In this document: positions 26,923-34,957 of the stretch, piece after piece | How positions within the stretch are numbered: the stretch's first letter is position 1 | How the letters are laid out: every line of letters begins with the position of its first letter | UHGV virus genome: UHGV-0213026 | Reading direction: 5' to 3' (one strand) | Source: a virus | DNA length: 38,713 bases | Translations under genes and position numbers: made by a program | The notes under the pieces: generated by a model | The model's database searches: none | What the model saw: the letters and a program-made list of their open reading frames with translations, nothing else | Told to the model about the DNA's origin: nothing

Positions 26923-28218
26923 CTAAAATACTGTTTTTCTATTTGTGCGTCTTTTCTTGGCTTGCTGACCTTTACGTCTTTCCAGTTCAACAGAGTATCG
27001 CAACATCGCCATTGCATCATCAAAGAAATTCACCGGATCATCTGTAAAAGTATTGGATTTCTCGTCCTTTCTCCACTTCCATTGTTGTATTTCTTTGATT
27101 GCATTTGTACAACTTGGATGGATATGGATGCGCATCTGCTTCAGATAATCGATCTGCGCTGACACACTTCCCGGTTCTTTTACAACAGGTTCAGCATGAT
27201 AGCCTGCTTTACGCCACATTTTAATTCGATCCGGTTCGGCAGAATCACACCACATAACCAGCTTTTTATTGATTCTTTTTTCATTAGCGATTGCAATAAG
27301 CTCGCTTGTGTCTTTTTCGAACTCGTAGATTTCACGACACAAAAAAAGCTCACCATCTTTAAATCCAATCTCACCAATAGCATTGGCATGATTGAATCCA
27401 AAGTCTTGAGCGTTAACCATGTAGTCAAAACGTTCTGGGTCTGTGTTAAAGTTTTCTACAATGTAATTGGTAAGGATAAGCCCACCTGACTCACCCCATT
27501 CGCCGAGCCCATAGATTTGATATCCATCAGGATCACGCTCTTTTCGCATCATCATCCGCCGGTGATAGGCTTCATCAATGAATCGATTCTGTAGATATGT
27601 TGATTGATGAGTAAAAATGTCTGGATGCGTTACATCAAAGTACTTTGCCTTAATCCAGTGAGTAGCTGATACCGGGTTAAAAGTAAATGTCATTTGATAG
27701 TAAAGATATGGGTTAAAATCTAAATTACCACGTAAACGGTCATCGAGAATATCTACATCGGCTTCATAAAGTTCTGTTGCTTCCTCAATCCATATCCAAG
27801 TGAGTTTACCACGGTCAAAAGTAATAGATTTTACTTTTTCTCGCTGTCCGTCATCTTTCATTCCACGAAATATCACTTGATTACCAGTAATTTTTGATTC
27901 GAGCATCATAGGCGATGATTTAATCGACCAATATTTGTGGTAATCAGATCCGTAGATTTTATAAATAGCAGATTTCAATTCAGCATACGTACTATCTTTA
28001 TTTGACTCGGCGACTTTACGAACACAAAGAAGATTTGCTCCTTTATACTTTGGATCACCAAGTTTTATAATAAAGTCTTGCGCAGTATTTACGGATTTAC
28101 CAGAACCAGCTGATCCTTTGGCTAATCGATATCTTTTCCTAGTGGTGTTATAAGTTTGGAAATTCCGGTTAAATTGTACCTTAACTATCATCTGGCGTTT
28201 CGTTTGCGCCGTCGCCAT
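26923..28218 (-). CDS. terL: Terminase large subunit (PBSX/Terminase_6-like)
   Basis: Walker A AKGSAGSGKS. Conserved nuclease-half motifs. RBS GGTGG lies 6 nt before ATG at 28218. Confidence 0.9.
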   Translation of the reverse strand: MATAQTKRQMIVKVQFNRNFQTYNTTRKRYRLAKGSAGSGKSVNTAQDFIIKLGDPKYKGANLLCVRKVAESNKDSTYAELKSAIYKIYGSDYHKYWSIKSSPMMLESKITGNQVIFRGMKDDGQREKVKSITFDRGKLTWIWIEEATELYEADVDILDDRLRGNLDFNPYLYYQMTFTFNPVSATHWIKAKYFDVTHPDIFTHQSTYLQNRFIDEAYHRRMMMRKERDPDGYQIYGLGEWGESGGLILTNYIVENFNTDPERFDYMVNAQDFGFNHANAIGEIGFKDGELFLCREIYEFEKDTSELIAIANEKRINKKLVMWCDSAEPDRIKMWRKAGYHAEPVVKEPGSVSAQIDYLKQMRIHIHPSCTNAIKEIQQWKWRKDEKSNTFTDDPVNFFDDAMAMLRYSVELERRKGQQAKKRRTNRKTVF

Positions 28219-28633
28219 AATCAACCACCACTTTCAGATCCATATTGCCATCTAGTTCCACTTTATCAGTCCATAGGCTATACCTCTTGCCAAGGAGTTC
28301 AGCTGCTCTTATACGATCTTTATTAGCTACTTGCACATCTTCTATCGTTGAACCGTATTCAGATCCTTGAAAGACTACCGTTTGATCTTTTTCTTCTCCT
28401 CGCATAACCTTACTCAAATATTCCAGAACCTCTTCTTGATTAGCGATTTTTTCTGATTGCAGCTGTTCAAGTCTTTCGTCTATATATTGTCTAATGTCAG
28501 GTTTTGTCAGGTTCTCACTACCTACAGACTTAGCAGTTCGTTTACTATACCCAGCAGAAATGGCGGCTTGAGTAGCATTACCGCTGATAAGGTACTCGTC
28601 CGCAAACCTACGTTGTTTTTCAGTTAATTTCAC
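28181..28633 (-). CDS. terS: Terminase small subunit (Terminase_2-like)
   Basis: KLTEKQRRFADEYLISGNATQAAISAGYS is the classic TerS N-terminal HTH. The likely start is GTG at 28633 with RBS AGGTGA; the track extends it to 28642. Confidence 0.75.
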   Translation of the reverse strand: MKLTEKQRRFADEYLISGNATQAAISAGYSKRTAKSVGSENLTKPDIRQYIDERLEQLQSEKIANQEEVLEYLSKVMRGEEKDQTVVFQGSEYGSTIEDVQVANKDRIRAAELLGKRYSLWTDKVELDGNMDLKVVVDYGDGANETPDDS

Positions 28634-28683
28634 TACTCTCACCTCGCAATCTGTGTTTGTTTTGTAATTCTATGTATAAAAAA

Positions 28684-28699
28684 AGACCTCAAGTGAGGT
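28684..28699 (-). terminator. Rho-independent terminator (GACCTC-ACTT-GAGGTC + TTTTTTT on minus strand) ending the accessory gene
   Basis: Perfect 6-bp stem plus a 7-T run, 17 nt after the stop of 28717-29307. Confidence 0.55.
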
Positions 28700-28716
28700 C
28701 GAATAATAAATCTATC

Positions 28717-29307
28717 TTATAGTTCAAATGTATTCCAAAATTTCTTTAGTTTGAATGACTCTTTATTCAAGCTGTTTTCTATATCTAATAACTTATCGAA
28801 AGCAACTTTTAAGCTCGGAATGTTTTCTGGTTTTGAAAGGTCTATATCATTATGTTCTAATAGTTTTTCAATTTTTGACATAAAGTAGTTTAAATTTTCT
28901 ACGTTTCTTTTTAAATATGGCGAATATACATCAATCAGAAGTACCAAATCGCCGATTGGAAAAGGGCTTCTATGAAGATTTAAGAAGGCTAAATCTAAAG
29001 AAGAACGCTCATAATGTAAAATATCCTCACCAAATTTATCCCCTTTTTCCATACGTTCAATCAAAGGAAAACTAATCTCATCTTTGAGCTTGTGTAGATC
29101 GGACACGCTGATAATTTTCTCAATGTCAGCAATTGTCTCCGCCCTAGTTTCTTCTTTTATTTGTTGAATTTGTTTATTACTCAATCTCCATTGTAAAATG
29201 CCAGCAAATGTAAGTACAATCGCCAAAATAGCAAGAAATATTGCAAAAAAGTTATTTTGCTGGGACATCATCTGCTTAACAGATTCTACATATTGTTCAC
29301 TATTCAC
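28717..29307 (-). CDS. Membrane-anchored hypothetical protein (N-terminal TM helix FFAIFLAILAIVLTFAGILQW, cytoplasmic/extracytoplasmic helical domain), 196 aa; self-contained accessory gene
   Basis: Own promoter-like TTGGGT-17-TATTAT upstream and own terminator downstream. AT-rich by eye. Inserted between tRNA-Pro and terS. GTG start with RBS GGAG. Confidence 0.55.
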   Translation of the reverse strand: MNSEQYVESVKQMMSQQNNFFAIFLAILAIVLTFAGILQWRLSNKQIQQIKEETRAETIADIEKIISVSDLHKLKDEISFPLIERMEKGDKFGEDILHYERSSLDLAFLNLHRSPFPIGDLVLLIDVYSPYLKRNVENLNYFMSKIEKLLEHNDIDLSKPENIPSLKVAFDKLLDIENSLNKESFKLKKFWNTFEL

Positions 29308-29364
29308 TTATGAATCACTCCTTTTCTATATAATATCAAGAAATCGAGTGACACCCAATAGAAA

Positions 29365-29383
29365 AAACAGCCCCGAAGGACTG
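29365..29383 (-). terminator. Terminator following tRNA-Pro (CAGUCC-UUCG-GGGCUG + UUUUUU on minus strand)
   Basis: 6-bp stem including one G-U pair, tetraloop UUCG, T-run. Confidence 0.5.
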
Positions 29384-29435
29384 TTTAGTAGGAATCACCA
29401 AAGATCATGTGAGTAATCTAATTGACAACTCCCAA

Positions 29436-29509
29436 TCAGGAATGCAGGATTTGAACCTGCGACCTCTACTGCCCAAGAGTAGCGCTCTACCAAACTGAGC
29501 CAATTCCTG
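29436..29509 (-). tRNA. tRNA-Pro (TGG anticodon), 74 nt
   Basis: Manual fold. Acceptor CAGGAAT/ATTCCTG with C1-G72 characteristic of bacterial tRNA-Pro. D stem GCTC/GAGC, anticodon stem CTACT/AGTAG with loop CTTGGGC, T arm GCAGG-TTCAAAT-CCTGC, discriminator A. Confidence 0.85.
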
Positions 29510-29702
29510 AAAAAGACGGCTAGCGAATGAAGATAAGGAGTGTGTTCAACTCCATTCATAATAGATTTTTTGTCGCCGTCTTAATTAAATACGGGCGCTG
29601 GGAATAATTTTCAGAAAGGAGGTCTGCCAACGTATCTTAAAGGATTGCGCCCTGTTATTTACAATAATTGATAATATTATCTTACTATGGATTATTGGCA
29701 TT

Positions 29703-29738
29703 AAACCGCCATTTTACCGCCAAAAAACCGCCATTTTT
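29703..29738. promoter_or_regulatory. Three helically phased direct repeats of ACCGCCA (ACCGCCATTTT / ACCGCCAAAAAA / ACCGCCATTTTT) at the 3-prime end of arpU
   Basis: Seen directly: 11-12 bp spacing with alternating A- and T-tracts, suggesting DNA bending and a protein-binding array. Confidence 0.3.
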
Positions 29739-30154
29739 CAGCGATAAACAACAAGCTTACCACGACGATAACTTTCAGCAAATTCAACCAATGCATCTGA
29801 TTTCATTCGCTCAATTTGCCGAACTGAATAGCCCATCTCATCTGCGATTCTTAGATTAGAATACTGATCTTGTAAGCAGAAGCTATAATGAAGTATCTGT
29901 CTGCTTGTTAACTTCAAAGCCATCAGCGCTACAATGATTGCATCTCTTTCTGTTTCTGCATCCAATCTTTGAATAAAAGCATCCTCAGACTTATTTCCAT
30001 TACTAGGTGTTCTAGGCATATCAGTAATAATCGGTGAGCGGACATCGATCTTTGAACGACCTGCAATCCGCTCCAACCGACGGTAGTTTTTCAAAACATA
30101 TCGTGCGTTCTTTCTCGTTTGAGAGAAATCAACTTCTCTTAGTAATAGCATCAT
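29738..30154 (-). CDS. arpU: ArpU-family phage late transcriptional activator, 138 aa
   Basis: Size, position just upstream of the packaging module, and sigma-region-4-like C-terminus (LRIADEMGYSVRQIERMKSDALVEF) typical of ArpU/RinA-type regulators. Confidence 0.7.
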   Translation of the reverse strand: MMLLLREVDFSQTRKNARYVLKNYRRLERIAGRSKIDVRSPIITDMPRTPSNGNKSEDAFIQRLDAETERDAIIVALMALKLTSRQILHYSFCLQDQYSNLRIADEMGYSVRQIERMKSDALVEFAESYRRGKLVVYR

Positions 30155-30256
30155 TGCTCAATCGCCCCTTTATTTGTTATAATGAAGTTACCTTGGCGGG
30201 GACAAAATCATTATTTTGGGGGCATTGGGCGATTGCTTAATGCTTTTTATTTTGCT

Positions 30257-30439
30257 TTACTTTCGATCTCTTTTAACTGCTCTGTGACGATCACTTCGAT
30301 GATCAAAGCCATCTTGTTCCATAAAATAGCTTCCTCCATAGTCTTGCTCCTTTTTGTCAGTAGCCTTGCCTATCACAACACATAGAAACATAATCACGAC
30401 AAAAGCCGTTGTACCTAGTACTGCAAAAGTCATCTTCAT
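30257..30439 (-). CDS. Small single-TM membrane protein, 60 aa
   Basis: TTAFVVIMFLCVVIG hydrophobic helix; overlapping start and stop with the neighbour. Confidence 0.4.
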   Translation of the reverse strand: MKMTFAVLGTTAFVVIMFLCVVIGKATDKKEQDYGGSYFMEQDGFDHRSDRHRAVKRDRK

Positions 30440-30624
30440 CCCCCTGCTTCCATCGCATCCCTGACTAGCGGATCGTTGATAATAATCTTGTACTTCATCT
30501 GCTCATGCTGCAGCTGTTCTTGTAACTGCTCAATATGCTTCTGCTGGTCCACAATTGTATAGGATAGCCAACTTAGGCCAGCGATTGTTAGCAGTATCAA
30601 CATGACTGCTTGGCTAGTTTTCAT
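30436..30624 (-). CDS. Small single-TM membrane protein, 62 aa
   Basis: AVMLILLTIAGLSWLSY helix; Gln-rich coiled tail. Confidence 0.4.
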   Translation of the reverse strand: MKTSQAVMLILLTIAGLSWLSYTIVDQQKHIEQLQEQLQHEQMKYKIIINDPLVRDAMEAGG

Positions 30625-30811
30625 CGGCTGGCTCCTGTTCGATTTCGACGGCGATATATTTCACAAACACATAGACACCCTCAATTGTTCCTTGATACCA
30701 CCTAACATGGCTATCTTGGATATTGAATCCAGCGCCCAGATAATGGTTCAACATATTTTCTAGTTCCTCACCAGACACATGATTTAAAACCTCTACTTTT
30801 ACTTCGCTCAT
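30614..30811 (-). CDS. Hypothetical small protein, 65 aa
   Basis: ORF preceded by an RBS; early accessory cluster. Confidence 0.4.
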   Translation of the reverse strand: MSEVKVEVLNHVSGEELENMLNHYLGAGFNIQDSHVRWYQGTIEGVYVFVKYIAVEIEQEPADEN

Positions 30812-30953
30812 TCTTATCCCTCCTGTTTGCTATCGCTGACGATTGCGGAATTAATCATTTTCTTAGATCAACGGTAGGCAACTCACCTTCCATTCTTATC
30901 TTCGGACTATCATAATAAGACTGGTTCTCCATTGATATAAACAGTATTCACAT

Positions 30954-31184
30954 TCATTCCTCGCTTTCTGCTATTTTTTCAGTTAAACGATAATCAATTC
31001 GCACATAGACATTCCGGCCACCGGCTTCATCAATCGTTGGCGCGGTATGCTCGTCTTGGAATATTGCATCTTCTACAGTTACTTCTCCATTGGATAACGA
31101 TTGACGGAATGATTCTAATTTCTGGATTGTTTCATCCAAGAATTTTACTTGTTGATCTGTTGTTATTGATATATCTTTACTCAT
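30954..31184 (-). CDS. Hypothetical small acidic protein, 76 aa
   Basis: ORF in the early accessory cluster. Confidence 0.4.
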   Translation of the reverse strand: MSKDISITTDQQVKFLDETIQKLESFRQSLSNGEVTVEDAIFQDEHTAPTIDEAGGRNVYVRIDYRLTEKIAESEE

Positions 31185-31214
31185 CTCTATTTACCTCTTT
31201 CTTTTTACATTCTG

Positions 31215-31508
31215 CTATCTCGTCGGATAGCTGACTGGTTCATACGTCTTTTCAAAAATGTCCGGCTTACATGGATAGATTTCTCCGGCGACTCCTTGAA
31301 TCACAAAGTCATCAACATTTACTAACATTTCGCCTTCCAGTGTTTTTACATATAGATCTCCTTGATCACGCCAAACAAAAGTCCCATTCTCATTTGCTTC
31401 CATTGCCCACTCTGGAACATATGGCTTGCCATCTGAATAAATAAAGTCACCATCGTATTGGAACGCTTCGATTACTACTGGTTTCTTTCTAAATTTCATA
31501 AAAGTCAC
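31215..31508 (-). CDS. Hypothetical protein, 97 aa
   Basis: ORF in the early cluster. Confidence 0.45.
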   Translation of the reverse strand: MTFMKFRKKPVVIEAFQYDGDFIYSDGKPYVPEWAMEANENGTFVWRDQGDLYVKTLEGEMLVNVDDFVIQGVAGEIYPCKPDIFEKTYEPVSYPTR

Positions 31509-31582
31509 TTCTTTCTAGTTTTTTATTTTGGTGGATAGCAGACTAATCAAATTTCTTTTGAGCTTTGACAAACAGTATTCCA

Positions 31583-31954
31583 TCACTGCGTTCCCTCGGC
31601 TGGTTTCACAAGTCTGTCAATCTTGTTGAACTTGACTGCCGCATAAAAGTTACTCCAACCGCAATCGATACTAGTTAGTTCAATATCAAACCCGAATTCT
31701 TTATATTTTTTCAAAATCGCATCATGGACAATTTGTCGGCTTTCCGGGCTTAGTTCCGGATCGTACCAAACATCATAAAACGATGTCCGCACGCTTCCAT
31801 CTGTCGTATGTTCTCCGGTAGAAACGTAAAAAGTGTATTTTCCTCTCAAAGCGTTAAACTTGATAGCATTGTCAAGCCGTTCCTCAATTTTTTTGATGCT
31901 TGCTTTGCGTTCGGCTTCTTTCAGCCATTCTTTTAAATCATCTTTATCGATCAT
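31583..31954 (-). CDS. Hypothetical protein, 123 aa
   Basis: ORF in the early cluster. Confidence 0.45.
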   Translation of the reverse strand: MIDKDDLKEWLKEAERKASIKKIEERLDNAIKFNALRGKYTFYVSTGEHTTDGSVRTSFYDVWYDPELSPESRQIVHDAILKKYKEFGFDIELTSIDCGWSNFYAAVKFNKIDRLVKPAEGTQ

Positions 31955-31992
31955 TTTCCGCCTCCTAGTTGTGTATTTCTTCCAATTACTGA

Positions 31993-32265
31993 CTAACTAC
32001 AATTTACATATTTCCTAAGACTATGCAGCCCTTTGCCACGCTTTTTCGTCTTGCGATCAATCCATGTACCAGTTGTTCCCCAATAATCAATCATGCCTTT
32101 CGGCGTATTGATCGCAAATTGATGGTTATTTGAATAATGCTTAAATTCAAAACCTAAAGCTGTAACATTTTTTAATGATGAGTTACCCATACGATTAACA
32201 TGTTGGGCCCGTTTTTCTTTCAGATACGGTTTTACATCTTTCCAATATTCACCCATGTCTCCCAT
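31993..32265 (-). CDS. Hypothetical basic protein, 90 aa
   Basis: Lys/Arg-rich C-terminus (DRKTKKRGKG), possibly nucleic-acid binding. Confidence 0.45.
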   Translation of the reverse strand: MGDMGEYWKDVKPYLKEKRAQHVNRMGNSSLKNVTALGFEFKHYSNNHQFAINTPKGMIDYWGTTGTWIDRKTKKRGKGLHSLRKYVNCS

Positions 32266-32288
32266 AAAATACCTCTTTCTTCCGATTC

Positions 32289-33281
32289 TTAACTAACAAA
32301 TTTCTGATGCGACAGCTTTAATTCCTCGTCCCCTATCATCGAATATTTCAACGTTGTATCGATAGACTCATGGCCCAAGAAATTCATCACTAATTCGATC
32401 GGCATCCCATGTCTTCTTGCCAAGGTGGCTGCAGTACGTCTGAATCTATGCGGATGGACATTTGCTACTCCTGCTTGTTCACCTAAACGCTTAACGAGCT
32501 TCTGAACTCCTGCCGATGTCATTTCCTTGCCTACTGTTTGTCCGAAGAATAATGGTCCAGTGATATGTGGCACGTCTTTCAGATAGTGATTCAAAGCCAT
32601 CTTTGCTTTTGCATTCAGGTATAGCGTTCGCTGCTTATTGCCTTTACCGATCACTGTGATTGAGTCATTTTCCTGATCGTAATCCCTAAAATTGAGTGAA
32701 ACTAATTCCGAAACTCTACAACCTGTACTAAGCAATAACTCAATCACTAAAGCTTCTTTAGAAGTTGCTGTTGCTGATCGCAGCTTTTCAACTTCTAGCT
32801 CGCTGAATTCCTGTTTTCTTCGTTTTGGCACTTTGATATTCTCCACTCTTGTCCCAGGATCTTTTGCGATATATTCCTCGTTGCATAGCCATTTGAAGAA
32901 TCGGACAATACAGCCTCGTTCTCTTGCAAGAGTCCCTTTACTCACGTTATCTATCATTTCTCTATTCGCAATAAACAAACGAATATCGTTTGTAGCAACT
33001 TCTTTAAATGGCTTCCTAACGCTTCTCATGAAGAGATTGATTGTCTGCATATAAAGATTCAAAGTTCCGCTTGAAAGTCCCTGTATCTTCTTTGAAACGA
33101 AGAATTGCTTGTATGCAGCAATATCAGATGTTTCGTCATAAATTACAACTTCGTTTTTCTGTTCAGTGATCAAATAATTCGCACATTCTACCGTTAGAAC
33201 ATCTTTTAGCTTTTTCAACTGATCTCCGCTTAACAGATCCTGAAGTTCGAGTAATGTCCTATTGATCAATTTTTCTTGCAA
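32289..33281 (-). CDS. Second tyrosine recombinase (XerC/D-like phage integrase-family protein) inside the replication module, 330 aa
   Basis: Catalytic signature present: STGCRVSEL (Arg I), GKGNKQR (Lys), HPHRFRRTAAT (H-x-x-R), LGHESIDTTLKYS (Tyr nucleophile). N-terminal SAM-like core-binding region. Confidence 0.75.
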   Translation of the reverse strand: MQEKLINRTLLELQDLLSGDQLKKLKDVLTVECANYLITEQKNEVVIYDETSDIAAYKQFFVSKKIQGLSSGTLNLYMQTINLFMRSVRKPFKEVATNDIRLFIANREMIDNVSKGTLARERGCIVRFFKWLCNEEYIAKDPGTRVENIKVPKRRKQEFSELEVEKLRSATATSKEALVIELLLSTGCRVSELVSLNFRDYDQENDSITVIGKGNKQRTLYLNAKAKMALNHYLKDVPHITGPLFFGQTVGKEMTSAGVQKLVKRLGEQAGVANVHPHRFRRTAATLARRHGMPIELVMNFLGHESIDTTLKYSMIGDEELKLSHQKFVS

Positions 33282-33298
33282 GTAAGTCCACCTCGCTT

Positions 33299-33574
33299 CT
33301 AGCAGACTTCGTGGATTTTCTTAAGACTTACTACAGTCACATCGTTAAGATTTCGTTGTATTTCATCATCTTTTTCCTCAATGCAGCTGAGGATTCTTAC
33401 TCGTGCTGAATTCTTGTAGATTCGACTTACTTGTGCTCTTATCTGACCTGAAAAAGGTCTTCCAGGAGTGCAGATGTAGCTTTCACCAACTTTTACAGAT
33501 CCTTTTTCTTGAACATTTGCTGATTCATATTCTCCAAAATCTTCGAATGGCGCTTTAATGCTTCTGCTTCTCAT
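33299..33574 (-). CDS. Hypothetical protein, 91 aa
   Basis: ORF between RusA and the second recombinase. Confidence 0.4.
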   Translation of the reverse strand: MRSRSIKAPFEDFGEYESANVQEKGSVKVGESYICTPGRPFSGQIRAQVSRIYKNSARVRILSCIEEKDDEIQRNLNDVTVVSLKKIHEVC

Positions 33575-33586
33575 TGATGGTCCCTC

Positions 33587-34012
33587 CTAAAGTGGATTAA
33601 TTTCAATTTCTGTTCGAGGATTGAAGCTGTATACTTTACGGCAGATGCTAACTGCTATCTGACCGTCATCCTTGTATAAAATGCCGTTTATCGCATCCGT
33701 CACTGCTTTGAAATAATTATCAATGTCTGGCTTTTTATCGCAGTACATGGTCTCGTCCTCAAGCAAAGTCCTGTTTTTCTTTACTTTTGAGATATAAGCT
33801 GGTGGATATACGAAGAAGCAGACATCAACAATTACTGGTCCTTTTTCAATTAACAGCGGCCTTGTTGACATAGCATGGTATTTGACTGCATTTTTGTATG
33901 CTTTCATCGCTGATTCCTCATAGGGAGTCTTACGATGCTTGGTGAACCTCGGCCTTGATTGAGGCTTTGGTGTGATCGGTATGACGATTTTCAAGCAATC
34001 TGCTCCTTTCAA
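33587..34012 (-). CDS. rusA: RusA-family Holliday junction resolvase
   Basis: KPDIDNYFKAVTDAINGILYKDDGQI matches the RusA catalytic Asp cluster. Sits after the replication genes. Confidence 0.75.
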   Translation of the reverse strand: MKGADCLKIVIPITPKPQSRPRFTKHRKTPYEESAMKAYKNAVKYHAMSTRPLLIEKGPVIVDVCFFVYPPAYISKVKKNRTLLEDETMYCDKKPDIDNYFKAVTDAINGILYKDDGQIAVSICRKVYSFNPRTEIEINPL

Positions 34013-34914
34013 TGCTTCGTTTTGTTTAGATATGCTGCTAGTTTTGCATCAAGCTCTGCTTGGCGCTCAGGTGATAACTGTTCTTCCCCCTGTTCGTTTA
34101 CAGCCCAATCAGGTAGTTTTTCCTCGCGTAGTGGCTTTTGATTATAGACTTGTTTCTTAGCGCCTCTAGTTCGTTGATAATCCCTCGCTTGATCGATCGT
34201 TTTAACGTTAGCATCTGCCCATTCCTGCAAAGATGCCGTTAAAAAGCTAATCGCTCGATTCTTAGGGACGTCTTTACTACCAGCAAGTTTAATAGCAGCC
34301 TCTACAAGTTCATCGCCATAGATATCAACCAGATTGAGCAGATCATCGACCTGTACTACATTTGGAAAGAGCCATAATTTTTGGAAAGTTTCAAGGGACG
34401 CACTCTCGCTAGCAGTAGCATCTTCTTTTATTTCCTTTTCTTTACTTTCCTTTACTTTACTTTGTTGATTATTCCCCTGATTAACTGAGTTATTCCGCCC
34501 ATTAATCGAGATATTCGACCGATTAACTTCATTTGTCAGCAAATATTTAAATTCAAGCTCAACTTTTTTACGTTCCTTAGTGGCTAGAATGTATCTGTTT
34601 TGAATTCCTTTAGAAGTTAATACGGAGTATTTATCAAAAATATCTTTATCAAAGAATTTTACTTGCACGGCTTTTCTAACCAGTTCTTCAACTGTGCCCT
34701 CCTTCGTACCAACTTCGTCAGCCACTAAGAACGCAAGGTCGTCATCCCACAAAACGTAATACCCCTCATCTCGATAAATATTAGCCAGCAGGGCGACCAG
34801 TATATGAACGGCTTCTTTACCGCATGCTTTAATAATTCTTCGAACTTTTAAATCTGATAAAAAATCGACATCCAGAGGAAAATAATCAAGACCTTTCTTC
34901 GTTGGTCTTGCCAC
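34009..34914 (-). CDS. Phage replisome organiser / replication initiation protein (Lin1244-like N-terminal domain plus DnaD-like C-terminal domain)
   Basis: N-terminus MARPTKKGLDYFPLDVDF is the hallmark phage replisome-organiser start. C-terminal DnaD-like region. Confidence 0.7.
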   Translation of the reverse strand: MARPTKKGLDYFPLDVDFLSDLKVRRIIKACGKEAVHILVALLANIYRDEGYYVLWDDDLAFLVADEVGTKEGTVEELVRKAVQVKFFDKDIFDKYSVLTSKGIQNRYILATKERKKVELEFKYLLTNEVNRSNISINGRNNSVNQGNNQQSKVKESKEKEIKEDATASESASLETFQKLWLFPNVVQVDDLLNLVDIYGDELVEAAIKLAGSKDVPKNRAISFLTASLQEWADANVKTIDQARDYQRTRGAKKQVYNQKPLREEKLPDWAVNEQGEEQLSPERQAELDAKLAAYLNKTKH

Positions 34915-34957
34915 GCTTGTTCCTCCTAATCAGAGGGAGTTTAACTCCCTCACTCTT

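Noticed and set aside
29510-29600. Nested inverted repeats upstream of tRNA-Pro (GACGGC...GCCGTC enclosing GGAGT-gtgttca-ACTCC) as a riboswitch or T-box
   Set aside because: It is too short and lacks T-box or riboswitch hallmarks. It is more likely the arpU terminator and the tRNA precursor leader structure. It is mentioned only as context.
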